From NCBI GenBank assembly GCA_035275405.1, contig DATEMU010000015.1, positions 737,768 through 801,767 of the forward strand: a DNA stretch of 64,000 bases, given 5' to 3'. A program made the position numbers and the translations under genes. Positions 52,884 through 63,680 of this stretch are shown here, one piece after another (the first letter of the stretch is position 1; each line of letters begins with the position of its first letter). The notes below the pieces were generated by a model that was not told the DNA's origin, did no database searches, and saw nothing but the letters and a program-made list of their open reading frames with translations. The DNA comes from Phycisphaerae bacterium. Its GTDB lineage: Bacteria; Planctomycetota; Phycisphaerae; UBA1845; UTPLA1.

Positions 52884-55800
52884 TTAGGGCTGACTTAGTA
52901 ACGCGTCGGTGTGCGGTTGAATATCCTCCCCATCATTGATGTCGTCGTCGTTCGTGTCGGCCAAACACCGATCCGCGTCCGTGGCGTCCATGTCCTCCAG
53001 GAGGACCGCAACGAAATCGTCGATCGGTAGCGCCGGCGTATAGCCCGAACTCGCGAAAAACGCATCGCGAAACTCCCGCCAGTCTTCGCAATCCACGTCG
53101 CCGTCGCCATCGGAGTCTCCACGCTCACATTCCGGTCCGATGACGCCCTCCGGACCGGTGAAGCACAGGCGGAACTGATCGAAGTCCGGCGCGTCGACAT
53201 CGAAATCGCCGTCGAAATCGCCGAACATCAGGACCGGGATGTTGAGCGGAATCTTCCGCGTATCCGTCCGCGCGGACTGATCCACGATGTGGAAGATCGG
53301 CTTGAAGAGCCCGGTCGCCGTCGGCGTTCCGGAGACGAGGCCGCTGCTGCTCAGCGAGATTCCCGGCGGCAGTTCCGAGAGTTGTACTTCGACCGAGTCC
53401 GCGTTGGTCAAGGCCGCATCACCGTCGTAGTTGAACAGAGTGTAGGTCGCGTTGTCGCCCAGCGATACGCCGACGGTCGGGGTCATGCCCGTATTGCCGG
53501 CACCATAGTGCATCTGAATCCGGCCGTCGTCGAAAAGGATCGCGCTGCAATTGGCTGGCGCGCCGCCCGCCCGGACCGTCCCCTGCCAGCGGATCGTCAC
53601 CTGGCCGGTGACCGTCGTGTCAATGAAGATGTCACCGCCGACCACGTTAGTTTTGAGGTCGTCCCACATGACCGCGATGCGCTTGTTCGCGGCGAGCAGG
53701 GTAGTGCTGTTGGTGTACGTCGCCCCGTCATACGGGCCGAAGTTGATCCAGCCGTCCGTCGCGATCTTCACATTGGTGTAGGGTTGCCCATAAAAGGGGA
53801 ATGCAAACGGCAAGACATAGTCAAAGGCGGCGTCGTCGGCCTGCCAGCCCTGGCCCGTGCCGACGGCGGCGAATTGGCTCGCGCCTAACGACTCTTCGCC
53901 GTACTCATCGTCCAACAATGTCCACGTCAGGGGCAAGTCTCCACCAACGGCTTCGAGTTGCTCCGGCCCGTACGACACTTTGAGTTCGCCGTCCGGCAAC
54001 GTGGCGGTCGTGATCTCCGGATCGCCGGTTCCCTGAAGCACCATGATGTTGTCGAGGGCGATGCCGTCGGTGGGGACGGGATTGTTGTCGTACTGCTGGA
54101 AACGAATGCGGAAAGTCGTGTTGTACGCAATACCAGCGCCGGCGGCCGCCGCGTCCAGGTCCAGCAAGACCGTCTGATACGTGCCCGTTCCCTCGGTGAG
54201 ATGGGCGATCCGATGCCACGCCACGCCGTCGGCGCTGATCGCCACGCCGTCGCCGTTCGCCGACGTCGTAAAGGTCGCGGGAAGGGTATTCGACTCGTCG
54301 CCGAATTCCTTCCACGAGTATTGGAGCAGGACGTTGGACTGTCCGGTGAGATTGACGACCAGCGTCAATTCATTGTTCCCAAACGACGAACTGGCCGCCG
54401 AATCCAGGAGCGCGTGGTAGGTACCGATCGGGCCGTCCGACGTCGCAATGCGAATCCGCCCGGTGGAGGTCGATTTCAGCGTCCAGTGGTTCACCAGCGG
54501 CGAGCCGCCCTCGAAATCTTCCGTGAACGGGAACGCGGCGGGGTTCAGGACCGTAATGCTCGCCGTTGCGGCGTTCGATTCGATCTGCCCGTCGTCCGCG
54601 CGGAACAGGAACGTATCCACGCCGCCGAAGCTGATGTCGGGCGTATAGGTGACGACGTTGCCGCCTGCCAAAAGCGTATAGGGTACGCTGACAATCGCCC
54701 CGCCATTCGGATCGCTGAGCGAGCCATCGGCCGGTAATGAGACGATCCTGTACGCTAGAGGATCCAATTCGGGATCGCTCGCCGGCAGTGCGAGATTAAC
54801 GGCATTGCCCGTTGCCGTGGTGGCAACGATGTTCTGCGCGAACGGCGGCTGGTTAGTCGGGATCGAGCCGATGGCCCAGATCGCCACGTCGTCGATGTTC
54901 CAGCCGCTGAAATTGGTGTTCGAGTCAGTAGGTCCCATTCCCCAACGGACCAATACGAACGGCTCGTCGTCGGCGACGGCGCCGATGATGTAGGACTGCT
55001 GGCTCCACGCCGCCTCCTCAAGATCGCTCGTGCCGTTGGTAAAGACCGTCGTCCAGTTGTCGCCGTCCGTCGAGACCTGAATGGTGGCCTTGTCGAATGC
55101 GGCGTTCTCGACGCCCAGCCAGCGGGCGAATTTGAGCGTGACGCGCGTGAGACCCGTGCAATTGAGCGGCGGCATCGTCAGGTACTGCGCCGGCAATAAG
55201 TCCGGATAGGCCCCGGCGAGGTTGTAACCATAGACACTCAGGCCGGTGAAGCCGGTCGTCGGATCACCGTCCGCGCCGCCCGGTTGCCCAAAGGCCCATT
55301 GCCCTTCGGCGATCCAGCCCGGGTCGACGTCCAGCGGGTAGTTGTAGATCGGAACCGGCGTACCGATGGTCAGCTTGACCGTGGCAGTGTTCGAATCGAG
55401 CGCACCGTCGTTGGCCTTGTATGTGAAAGAATCCGGTCCCTGGTAATTCGTCGCCGGGTTGTATTGGAGGATGTTGCCGTTGCTCGCGACGGTATGCGGC
55501 ACGCTGGCGATCGGGCCGGAATTAGGGTCAACCAGTTGACCGTGCGACGGCAGCGACGTGATGACCATCGACAAGGTCGTCGCCGGGTTCGGATCGGTCG
55601 CCAGCAGCGTCACGACGGCCGTGACGTTCTCGGCAGTATCGAACGATCGGTCCTTCGCGACGGGCGGGAGCGGCCCCTGCGCCGCGACGGTGATGCGCAC
55701 GTCATCGATAAACCATCCGTCGCGCTGGTAGATGCCGTCGCTGGTCAACCGAAAGCGAACGTAAATCGGCCGTCCTGCAAAGGGCGTCAGGTCATACGCT

Positions 55801-58238
55801 CGCCGCGTCCAGTCGTAGTCGCCCCCCGTATCGCCATCGACGAGTCCCAGGAGATTGCCGCCGCTATCGACGACTTCGACCCGGCAGGAATCGTAATACG
55901 TCTCGAGCAAACACCAGTCGTGGTAATCGAGAATAACCGGAGCCGTAACGCCCGTGAGATTGAGGAGCGGCGTCTGGAGGTAGGCGTCCGTGCCGGCGTC
56001 GTAGGTGTAGGTCAGATCGGTGCCCCAGCACTTGTTTCCGCCGATGGCGCGAACCCCGCGCGTGCCGGCCATGGGCCCGCTCCCGGCGACGGCCTGGCTG
56101 AACGCGGCGTTGACGGCCGTCGGCGTGCCGCGCTGCCACTCGTCGTTGGTCCCGCCATGCGTCCAGCCGGGATCGGCGCCCTCGCTGTTGTCGAAGAGCA
56201 GGTCGATGCCGTCGCGGATCAGGTGCGTCTTCGCCCCGAAGCCGTAGCGGTTGAGGGCGCTCCGCGGATACGCGGCGTAAAAGAACGCCCCCGAGGCAGC
56301 GCCCGCGTCAACGTAGACGCCCGCCGCGCCGATGTACACGACCGTCACGACCGGTGTCACGACATCGCTCACGTTGTACGTCGCGCCGTCCGTGGGCATC
56401 CAGTTGAACGGCTTGTCGGATTTGACCAGGATGCTGTCGGCGTAGTCGTTGAGCGGCGTGCTCCAGGTCAAGGTGATGTCGCTGCCAATCGGTGTTGCCG
56501 ACATGGTCTTGATGCGATCCGGCCAGCGCGTCCCGGCGTTCGCCGCGGCAACGGCCAATCCCGCGTCCGCCCGACCAAAACCCAGACGATGGCTGTGGCC
56601 GGTGACGCCGTCGAAGCGGCCATACGGCTCGTCGATTCGGACCGCAGTGTGCTGGAGGATCGCGCGGGCCTGCGCGGCGGTCATCGTCGGATCCTGCGAG
56701 ATGATCAGGCCGAGCACGCCGGCCGCGAGCGGCGTAGCCGAGCTGGTGCCGCCGAACGCATTGGTATAGTCCGGTTCGCCCGCGATACCGTTGTAGCCAC
56801 TGGTGCCGGTGTTATCGACGGTCGTAATATCGATCCAACTGAAGCGCACGCCGTCATCGCCGCGATCGTTGGTTGGCGTAGCGATGCCGACCTCAGGCCC
56901 GATGTCGCTGAACTCGGTATGAACGCCGTTGCTGTTCGTGCCGCCGACGGCCATGACCGTCGGAAGCTGGGCCATGGCGGTAACGCCGTTGACGGTGTGG
57001 TCGCTGTTGGCCGACGCGAAGAGGACCAGGCAGCCCAGCCCGTTGCGCCCGTTCGTGGCCGCGTAGTTGATCGAGGCGACGACGTCGGCCGGTTGAAAGA
57101 CACCGTCCCCATAGCCCCAACTGTTGGACATGATCGCAGCGCCGTCGCTGTGATCGCCGTTGTCGTCGGGGTCCACGCTGAAGTAGAAACCGTCCGCCGT
57201 CTCCGACACCGTCGCACCGAAGAACTTCACGCCGATCAGGCCGCAGTTCGGGCACGCCCCGCGCACGCCGATGCTGTTGCCCTTCGCCACCGCCACGCCG
57301 GCGCAGGCCGTTCCGTGCCGCTGACCGGCGTCCGGGCTGGGATCGTCGTCCGGCGGGACGGGGTCGAGATCGAGACCCGCCGCCCAATTGGGAAACAGGT
57401 CGGGGTGCAATTTCTCCACGCATTCGTCCAGAACTGATACGCGAACGCTGGAAACGCCCTCGGCGTCGGCCCCGTGATCGCTGTCCCACGCCGCCTCGGC
57501 GTTGATGTCGGAGTTGGCCAAAGCGCCCTTGCTGACATCGCCGTCCAAATGCCATTGCATCGATAGGTAGAGCGGATCATTAATGACGGGGGGCGAATAC
57601 GTCACCATCGGCGCGAAGAAGTCGGGCTCAGCGTACACGACAAGCTCTTGTTTCTCGTGCAACGCCGCCGCGACGGTCAATGGTTGTACAGCGCGGGCCG
57701 TTCGCAACGTAATGTAATACCGCCCCTCTCCGCGCGCGGCTTTCTGGATATCGCAGCCGTTCGCGTCGGCAAACGCCCGCAGGGATCGTTCATCCGCGCC
57801 GTCGCGCAGGCGCGCGATGATCCGATTGGTTTGATAAAGCGGGACGTCGCTCTCCGCGCGATACACGACGGGTAGTGCGTATTCCACGTCGGACAGTTGT
57901 TCGATCTGCGCCGCGGAGAGTCCGCGCACAACGTGCAGATCGCGGCGCTCCAGGCGCTCTTCCATCCGGACCACGAATTCTTCGGCGTTCGCGGGTGCAA
58001 CCTTCGCCGGCCATTGACTCGGGCGACTCCCGGCTGCGCGCCGGGCCGAGATCCTGGGTTTCACCAGGAATTCGCTCTCCGCCACGTTGACGAAATGAAT
58101 CCCTCCCGCGTCATAATAGTAGGCTGCGGCGGCCGGAGTCTCGACCGGCGACGGCTCGCCGGCGCCGACCGTGGACGCACAGGTCATTGCAACATAGGCA
58201 GTGATAAACGCCCATCGCGGAGTGGAATTCAACTTCAC
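52884..58238 (-). CDS. giant secreted S8 (subtilisin) serine peptidase with multiple beta-sandwich/cadherin-like domains and C-terminal dockerin-like module
   Basis: Signal peptide; S8 catalytic motifs (DTGV..., HGTACAGV, GTSSATPLAAGVLGLI); C-terminus FGDFDGDFDVDAPDFDQF...RGDSDGDGDVDCEDW. Confidence 0.8.
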   Translation of the reverse strand: MKLNSTPRWAFITAYVAMTCASTVGAGEPSPVETPAAAAYYYDAGGIHFVNVAESEFLVKPRISARRAAGSRPSQWPAKVAPANAEEFVVRMEERLERRDLHVVRGLSAAQIEQLSDVEYALPVVYRAESDVPLYQTNRIIARLRDGADERSLRAFADANGCDIQKAARGEGRYYITLRTARAVQPLTVAAALHEKQELVVYAEPDFFAPMVTYSPPVINDPLYLSMQWHLDGDVSKGALANSDINAEAAWDSDHGADAEGVSSVRVSVLDECVEKLHPDLFPNWAAGLDLDPVPPDDDPSPDAGQRHGTACAGVAVAKGNSIGVRGACPNCGLIGVKFFGATVSETADGFYFSVDPDDNGDHSDGAAIMSNSWGYGDGVFQPADVVASINYAATNGRNGLGCLVLFASANSDHTVNGVTAMAQLPTVMAVGGTNSNGVHTEFSDIGPEVGIATPTNDRGDDGVRFSWIDITTVDNTGTSGYNGIAGEPDYTNAFGGTSSATPLAAGVLGLIISQDPTMTAAQARAILQHTAVRIDEPYGRFDGVTGHSHRLGFGRADAGLAVAAANAGTRWPDRIKTMSATPIGSDITLTWSTPLNDYADSILVKSDKPFNWMPTDGATYNVSDVVTPVVTVVYIGAAGVYVDAGAASGAFFYAAYPRSALNRYGFGAKTHLIRDGIDLLFDNSEGADPGWTHGGTNDEWQRGTPTAVNAAFSQAVAGSGPMAGTRGVRAIGGNKCWGTDLTYTYDAGTDAYLQTPLLNLTGVTAPVILDYHDWCLLETYYDSCRVEVVDSGGNLLGLVDGDTGGDYDWTRRAYDLTPFAGRPIYVRFRLTSDGIYQRDGWFIDDVRITVAAQGPLPPVAKDRSFDTAENVTAVVTLLATDPNPATTLSMVITSLPSHGQLVDPNSGPIASVPHTVASNGNILQYNPATNYQGPDSFTYKANDGALDSNTATVKLTIGTPVPIYNYPLDVDPGWIAEGQWAFGQPGGADGDPTTGFTGLSVYGYNLAGAYPDLLPAQYLTMPPLNCTGLTRVTLKFARWLGVENAAFDKATIQVSTDGDNWTTVFTNGTSDLEEAAWSQQSYIIGAVADDEPFVLVRWGMGPTDSNTNFSGWNIDDVAIWAIGSIPTNQPPFAQNIVATTATGNAVNLALPASDPELDPLAYRIVSLPADGSLSDPNGGAIVSVPYTLLAGGNVVTYTPDISFGGVDTFLFRADDGQIESNAATASITVLNPAAFPFTEDFEGGSPLVNHWTLKSTSTGRIRIATSDGPIGTYHALLDSAASSSFGNNELTLVVNLTGQSNVLLQYSWKEFGDESNTLPATFTTSANGDGVAISADGVAWHRIAHLTEGTGTYQTVLLDLDAAAAGAGIAYNTTFRIRFQQYDNNPVPTDGIALDNIMVLQGTGDPEITTATLPDGELKVSYGPEQLEAVGGDLPLTWTLLDDEYGEESLGASQFAAVGTGQGWQADDAAFDYVLPFAFPFYGQPYTNVKIATDGWINFGPYDGATYTNSTTLLAANKRIAVMWDDLKTNVVGGDIFIDTTVTGQVTIRWQGTVRAGGAPANCSAILFDDGRIQMHYGAGNTGMTPTVGVSLGDNATYTLFNYDGDAALTNADSVEVQLSELPPGISLSSSGLVSGTPTATGLFKPIFHIVDQSARTDTRKIPLNIPVLMFGDFDGDFDVDAPDFDQFRLCFTGPEGVIGPECERGDSDGDGDVDCEDWREFRDAFFASSGYTPALPIDDFVAVLLEDMDATDADRCLADTNDDDINDGEDIQPHTDALLSQP

Positions 58239-58493
58239 GGAATACCTCCGGTCGCCACCAAGGGGGCAAGAAACGAACCAATTAAGGCGGGCCCCCCGTC
58301 CAGTCCTTCAGTTCTTGGGGTCAGAAGGAGCGGACTTTTTGAGTTTTTGGCTCGCAAGCGTTGAGTGTAACGCCGCGAACTGGTAAATTCAATATAACGT
58401 TAACATGCTAGGGGAATCGCCTCGACTCCGCCTGCCTGCCGGAATCGCGGCGGGGGTGTCTGGCTGTTGTTTCGGGGTAAGGGAGTAATTCAC

Positions 58494-61400
58494 GTGACCA
58501 TTCGGAAGAACCATCGCGCGGCATGGACTGTCATCGCTACCGTTTGCCTTTTTGTCGTCGCCGGGGCGTCTCAGGTTCGCGCGGCATATCCCCCGCCTCC
58601 CAACGACACCTCCGCGACCGCGGAAACCGTCGGCGCGCTGCCCGCCATCCTCCACGGCTCCAATGTGCGCGGAAACGACTCCATAAGCGCAACGACCATC
58701 GGCGGACTCGACTCGGTCCCGGGCCCGGACGTCTTTTATAGTTTCACTCCCGGACTGACCGGTTCCTATTGGCTGATGATGATCCCATGGGACCAGGTTC
58801 CAGTATACGGAAGTTCCGGTGCGACCGTTCCGGCCCCGAATCTTTGCCTTTATGTCCGCCGAAAATCCGACGGCGTCTTCATCGGCGGAAGCGACGCCAA
58901 TCCGCGCGATCAAGTCGATACGGTCATAGCAGGGCTGACCAGTGGCGTCGAATACGAGATCGTCATCGACAGCACATCCGACATCACACGGATCAGCGAA
59001 TTCGAATTCATGCTCGTCGTCGCCGAGGCGCCAAGCGGCCCGACCGAGGATTGCACCAACATCGGCGTCATCCCGTCCGCCAACCTCCCCTACGCCGCGG
59101 TAGGCACGCTCACCGGAGCGGTCAACGACGTGACCTTTAGTGAAGGGTCCGGCCGTTGCGACGTGTCCAACACCAGTGGCTTAGCCAGCGCCGGCCCGGA
59201 TCACGTATATGAATTCACCACCGGCCCTGATCCCTCCGATGCCGGGGAATACGTCTTCAATCTTATGCCCGCAGGCGCGGCGTGGAATGGCTACATTTAC
59301 CTGGCCGATTCCTGTCCGCCGTTTCTTCCCTTGGGGTGTTTGGGTGCGGCGAGCCATACCTCGTCCGCGACGCGCCAATCCGAAACAATCGTCGTCACGC
59401 TGGACTTTGATAAAACCTATTACGTCGTTGTGGACGCGGCGGCCGCGAGTACCACCGATGGCAAATATGTCCTGCTCGTGGATCGAGCGGAAGGTCACGG
59501 CATCACGGAAGTTGAGCCGAACGACACGTCGGCGTTCGCCAGCCCGCTGGTCACGGGACAACGCAATGGCGGCCAGATCGCCGGCGCCAATGACGTAGAC
59601 TTGTATTCCTTCACGGCCGCTGCACAGGATCGCCTGTACGCCTTTCTGGACAACGGCAACGTGTTCCTGTCGTCCATCGACATCGAACTGCGCCTCGTCA
59701 ACACCAATGGATCGACCGTCATGGAATTGGACGACGACGATGGCGAGGGTTCCAGTGCGTCCGTCAATACGCTGGTGCAGCGCAGCTCCGCCTTCAGCGC
59801 GGCCATCGCCGGCGCGATCCTCCCGGCCGGCGGAACCTATTTCCTCCGCGCCAATGCCGGCTCGGCGATCGATACGATTGCCCGGTACTTTGTCCACTAT
59901 GGCATCGAGCCCGGCAGCCGCGCGCCCAGCCCCGAGTGCGAGCCGAACAACTCCCTCGCGTCCGCCGATGGGAGCGGCAAGGCGTACTACAGCGGCGTCA
60001 TCGCCGCGTCCGGCGATGTCGACTACTTCGCCTTCGAAGCGACCGCGGGCGACCAGGTCTTTATCGCCCTGGACGGCGATCCCGAGCGCGACAGCGGCGG
60101 CGACGCTGACAACGATCCGCAGTCCCTTGACGGTGCGCTGGTCGTTTACGATCCCGTCGGCGACGCACTCATCACCGACCACGATGACCCCAACCTCGTC
60201 GGCGCGGGGCAGATTCCAGACTATCCCGCCGAGGCCCTCGCCTTCCGCGCCCCGACGACTGGCACTTACAAGGTGCAGGTCTCCGGCGGCGCTGCGAGCG
60301 ACTTTGGCGCAGAGCGCACCTATCGCCTGGCGATCTTCCGCGGCAACGCCGCGCCCAGCCTGACCGAGGGCGTCGATCCCGTTATTGACAGCATCACCCC
60401 CGACTTCGGTGCCGACACGCTCGCCGTCGTGGCTTCCGACGACGCCGGCGGCGATACCGGCATCTGCGCGCTCAGCCTGTCCCCCGATTCCGTGAACCTG
60501 GCAATTTCGGCGACGTTCACGCCCGGCGACTCGACCGTGTCCTTCGACGTGGAACTGATCACGCCGGGCATGAGCGGCTACGGCAAGTTGATCGTCACCG
60601 ACTGCGCCGGCAACACGGCTTGTGCCTACATTCAGATCGACGCCGATGATCCCGTCTGCGGCGGCAGCGCCGGATCGGCGCCGCGCCGTACCTTCCACAG
60701 CACGCACGCCCCGCTGCACGCCCCCAACAACCAGCCGACCGGGCCAGGCGTCATCGGCACCATCGACGTGCCGGCCGGTTCGCCGATCACTGATGTCACC
60801 GTGACGATCACGATCGAGACCATTCGCCCCGCGGATGTCGACGTCTTTCTCGAAAGCCCGATGGGGACGATCCAGGATATCGTCACGGACCGCGGCGGCG
60901 GGACCAGCGGTTTCGACATCACTCTGGCCGCCTTTACCAACAACGCGACGGAAATGATGTCGACGGACAGTAATGACGCCCCCTACACCGGCTCGTGGCT
61001 GCCCGACGGCGTCGGAGGAATGTCGGTCTTCGACGGGCAGAACCCCGCGGGCACGTGGAAACTCAACGTGCGCGACGATGACTCCAGCGCGGGTGGCGGC
61101 TGCCGGTTGGTCCGCTGGTCGCTCGATATCGAGGCCGGTTTCGCTGCTCCACAGGAATTCCAGGGCACGGTCACCGACACCGCCGGTGTCAACGGCGGAA
61201 TCGCCTCGGTCGTCATGAGCGCGGACACGAATGTCACCTTTACGCTCGATCCGGATTTTGTCCCGGGCGATCTGACGACGACCTACACCGTGACGCTCAT
61301 CAATCCGTCGCTGCCCGGCTCGTGTACGATCACCGCGACGGACTTGTCGGACAACGAGTGCCAGACGCTCGTCAACTTGAACGGCCTGACGGACTCCACA

Positions 61401-63362
61401 CCACCTGCCAACAGCGGAGCCATCAGCCGAAACATCGAAATCTCGCAAGAAGTCCTCGCCACTGTTCCGCAGGCCAATCCCGCGGGCGTCGTCTCGACCG
61501 TCAGCGTGCCCGATGGCGTCGTCGTCGGCGAGGTCGAAGTCGACATCACGGTGGATACGCTCGACGTCGGCCGCAATGCCTCGACCGTCAGCCACGGCGG
61601 AGCATTTGCATCACTCATCAACCGCGTCGGCATGGACGAGCGCGACAGCGTCGGCCTGACGAAGGACAACATTGAGATCACGCTGGACGACGATGCCCCG
61701 GTGGTCGACGACGCCCACGAGGAGCCGGCGCTCGGGACCATCGAGTTCCTCGGTGCCCATCAGCCCGACGGCCGCGGCGAGTTCGTCGGCAACGGAATTA
61801 CCAGTGACTATCGCGACAACATGCTCTTCGCCCTGGAGGGGCTGGATTCCGCCGGCGACTGGTCGCTCTATGTTTCGGATAATCGATTGCAGGGCGCCAG
61901 CGGAGCCCACTCGGAATTTCGCCGCTGGGCCGCGCGACTCCTGGCCCCGGGCGCACCCGAACGGTATGTCGGTACCGCGAGAGATACGTATCCCGAATCC
62001 GGCATCTGCTCCATCACCGTGGGAGGCGGCTCCATCAACCTGTCCGTCGCCAGCAACTTCACCGCGGGCGACAGCGAAGCCTCCTACGCCGTCAGTCTCG
62101 TCGACCCATCGCAACCCGGCAGCGGGACCGTCGAAATCACGGATTGCGCGGGAAACACCACCGTCGTGCCAATCGCGTTGGCCGCGGCCCTGGCCGACCA
62201 GAACCTCCCGATCATCACCGGCGCGGTGAATCCCGCGACGCTGAAGTTCGAAGGCGCCGCGACGGACAACCAGCCCGGCGATTCGGGCATCGCCTCCGTG
62301 ACGCTGGCCCCCTATTCCGACAACCTGCAAATCGCCCTGGTCGAACCCGATCCGCCCTCCGGCGCGGGAAGCGTTGACGTCGTTGTGAGCCTGATTACTC
62401 CCGGAGTGAACGGTCGCGGCTACCTCCGCGTGACCGATGTCACGGGCTATCGCCGCCACGCCCTGATTCACATTGACGCCGTCGATCCGCTTTGCTCCGG
62501 CGCCGTCAGCAATTCCAAGCGTTATCGCAGCACCGACCTGCCCGCGCCAATCCCGGACCTCAATCCCGGCGGTGTCTCCTCGACGATCGCGGTCGCCGAT
62601 CTGGCGCCGATCAGCGACGTCGACGTGACCATCAACATCACGCACGGCTTCGACGGCGACATCGATCTTTCCATGACCAGCCCCACGTTCATCACGCTGT
62701 TCGGCGACATTGGATTAACGGGCAACGATTTCTTCAACACGACGATCGACGACGAAGCCCCCTTCCCGATTCCGGACGCCTCGGCCGAAGCGCCGTTCAC
62801 CGGCCGGTACCAGCCCGCCGGCGGCCCGGCCCTCTTCGTCCTCGACGGAGGCCCGGCGGCGGGTTCGTATAGCCTTCATGTCGCCGATGACGCGGTCTTC
62901 AATGTGGGCACGTTCGAAAGCTGGTCGCTGACCATCAGCTCCGCCGGATTCCCGGAGCGCTTTGCCGGCGAAGCCACGGACTCCGAATTGCTTGGTCTCG
63001 GAATCGGCTCGATCGAACTACTGCCCGGCTCGTGCAACGTCGCCCTGGGCGTCGATCCGTTCACACCCGGCGACAAGCTCGTGCTGTTTGAGGTCACGCT
63101 CGTCGACCCGCAGGGTTGCGGAAGGGGAACCGTCCGGGTGAGCGACCTCGGCGGAAATAGCTGCGACCAGGTCGTCGCCTTGAATGGCGCGTTTTGCGAT
63201 CCGGGCGACGTCAACCACAGCGGGGCTGCTGACTTCGACGACATCGAGCCCTTCGCGGCCGCCTTGCTCGCCGGCGACGGTAACTGCGAGACCGACATGA
63301 ACCTCGACGGCAAGGTGGACGGTCTCGACGTACAAGGCTTCACCGACGAACTGGTTCCCTAG
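58494..63362 (+). CDS. giant secreted protein with pre-peptidase C-terminal (PPC)-like domains, two proprotein-convertase P-domains and C-terminal dockerin-like module
   Basis: GTG start after a GGGAG RBS; signal AAWTVIATVCLFVVAGASQVRA; PPC-like EPNDTSAFASPL...DVDLYSF and ECEPNNSLASADG...DVDYFAF; P-domain blocks (...TVTITIETIRPADVDVFLESPMG...GTWKLNVRDDD.. and ..VDVTINITHGFDGDIDLSMTSP...GSYSLHVADDA..); C-terminus DVNHSGAADFDDIEPF...DMNLDGKVDGLDVQGF. Confidence 0.75.
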   Translation: MTIRKNHRAAWTVIATVCLFVVAGASQVRAAYPPPPNDTSATAETVGALPAILHGSNVRGNDSISATTIGGLDSVPGPDVFYSFTPGLTGSYWLMMIPWDQVPVYGSSGATVPAPNLCLYVRRKSDGVFIGGSDANPRDQVDTVIAGLTSGVEYEIVIDSTSDITRISEFEFMLVVAEAPSGPTEDCTNIGVIPSANLPYAAVGTLTGAVNDVTFSEGSGRCDVSNTSGLASAGPDHVYEFTTGPDPSDAGEYVFNLMPAGAAWNGYIYLADSCPPFLPLGCLGAASHTSSATRQSETIVVTLDFDKTYYVVVDAAAASTTDGKYVLLVDRAEGHGITEVEPNDTSAFASPLVTGQRNGGQIAGANDVDLYSFTAAAQDRLYAFLDNGNVFLSSIDIELRLVNTNGSTVMELDDDDGEGSSASVNTLVQRSSAFSAAIAGAILPAGGTYFLRANAGSAIDTIARYFVHYGIEPGSRAPSPECEPNNSLASADGSGKAYYSGVIAASGDVDYFAFEATAGDQVFIALDGDPERDSGGDADNDPQSLDGALVVYDPVGDALITDHDDPNLVGAGQIPDYPAEALAFRAPTTGTYKVQVSGGAASDFGAERTYRLAIFRGNAAPSLTEGVDPVIDSITPDFGADTLAVVASDDAGGDTGICALSLSPDSVNLAISATFTPGDSTVSFDVELITPGMSGYGKLIVTDCAGNTACAYIQIDADDPVCGGSAGSAPRRTFHSTHAPLHAPNNQPTGPGVIGTIDVPAGSPITDVTVTITIETIRPADVDVFLESPMGTIQDIVTDRGGGTSGFDITLAAFTNNATEMMSTDSNDAPYTGSWLPDGVGGMSVFDGQNPAGTWKLNVRDDDSSAGGGCRLVRWSLDIEAGFAAPQEFQGTVTDTAGVNGGIASVVMSADTNVTFTLDPDFVPGDLTTTYTVTLINPSLPGSCTITATDLSDNECQTLVNLNGLTDSTPPANSGAISRNIEISQEVLATVPQANPAGVVSTVSVPDGVVVGEVEVDITVDTLDVGRNASTVSHGGAFASLINRVGMDERDSVGLTKDNIEITLDDDAPVVDDAHEEPALGTIEFLGAHQPDGRGEFVGNGITSDYRDNMLFALEGLDSAGDWSLYVSDNRLQGASGAHSEFRRWAARLLAPGAPERYVGTARDTYPESGICSITVGGGSINLSVASNFTAGDSEASYAVSLVDPSQPGSGTVEITDCAGNTTVVPIALAAALADQNLPIITGAVNPATLKFEGAATDNQPGDSGIASVTLAPYSDNLQIALVEPDPPSGAGSVDVVVSLITPGVNGRGYLRVTDVTGYRRHALIHIDAVDPLCSGAVSNSKRYRSTDLPAPIPDLNPGGVSSTIAVADLAPISDVDVTINITHGFDGDIDLSMTSPTFITLFGDIGLTGNDFFNTTIDDEAPFPIPDASAEAPFTGRYQPAGGPALFVLDGGPAAGSYSLHVADDAVFNVGTFESWSLTISSAGFPERFAGEATDSELLGLGIGSIELLPGSCNVALGVDPFTPGDKLVLFEVTLVDPQGCGRGTVRVSDLGGNSCDQVVALNGAFCDPGDVNHSGAADFDDIEPFAAALLAGDGNCETDMNLDGKVDGLDVQGFTDELVP

Positions 63363-63680
63363 CAATCCGATTCGATTGACACTGCGGATGGCACGGTCTC
63401 GCAGCAGCGAGGCCGTGGTGCCCTGGCCAGCACGGCCTCTCCGCATCGCGGCCAGTCCGTGCCACGCCCCGGAACCGCTTGTGAAAACAGGCCTTAGCGA
63501 ATTTGTGAAATGGACCGTCCTGATCGTTGCAATGAGTGCGGATTTTCGGGTATGATAACGTCATCATCGGAGGGGAAAGGGCTGCAAAGTTCCTTGTTCC
63601 CCGTCAGTTAGCGCGTTTTGGTTTACCTGAGGCATCGACCGCCGCTTGAGTCGATGCGCGCGAGTCTTGGAGGTAGTGAG

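Noticed and set aside
55284-57437. 717-aa plus-strand ORF
   Set aside because: Antisense to the S8 peptidase gene. It is an Arg/Val/Gly-rich shadow frame.
59181-62645. 804-aa and 344-aa minus-strand ORFs
   Set aside because: Antisense to the giant PPC/P-domain protein gene. They are shadow ORFs.
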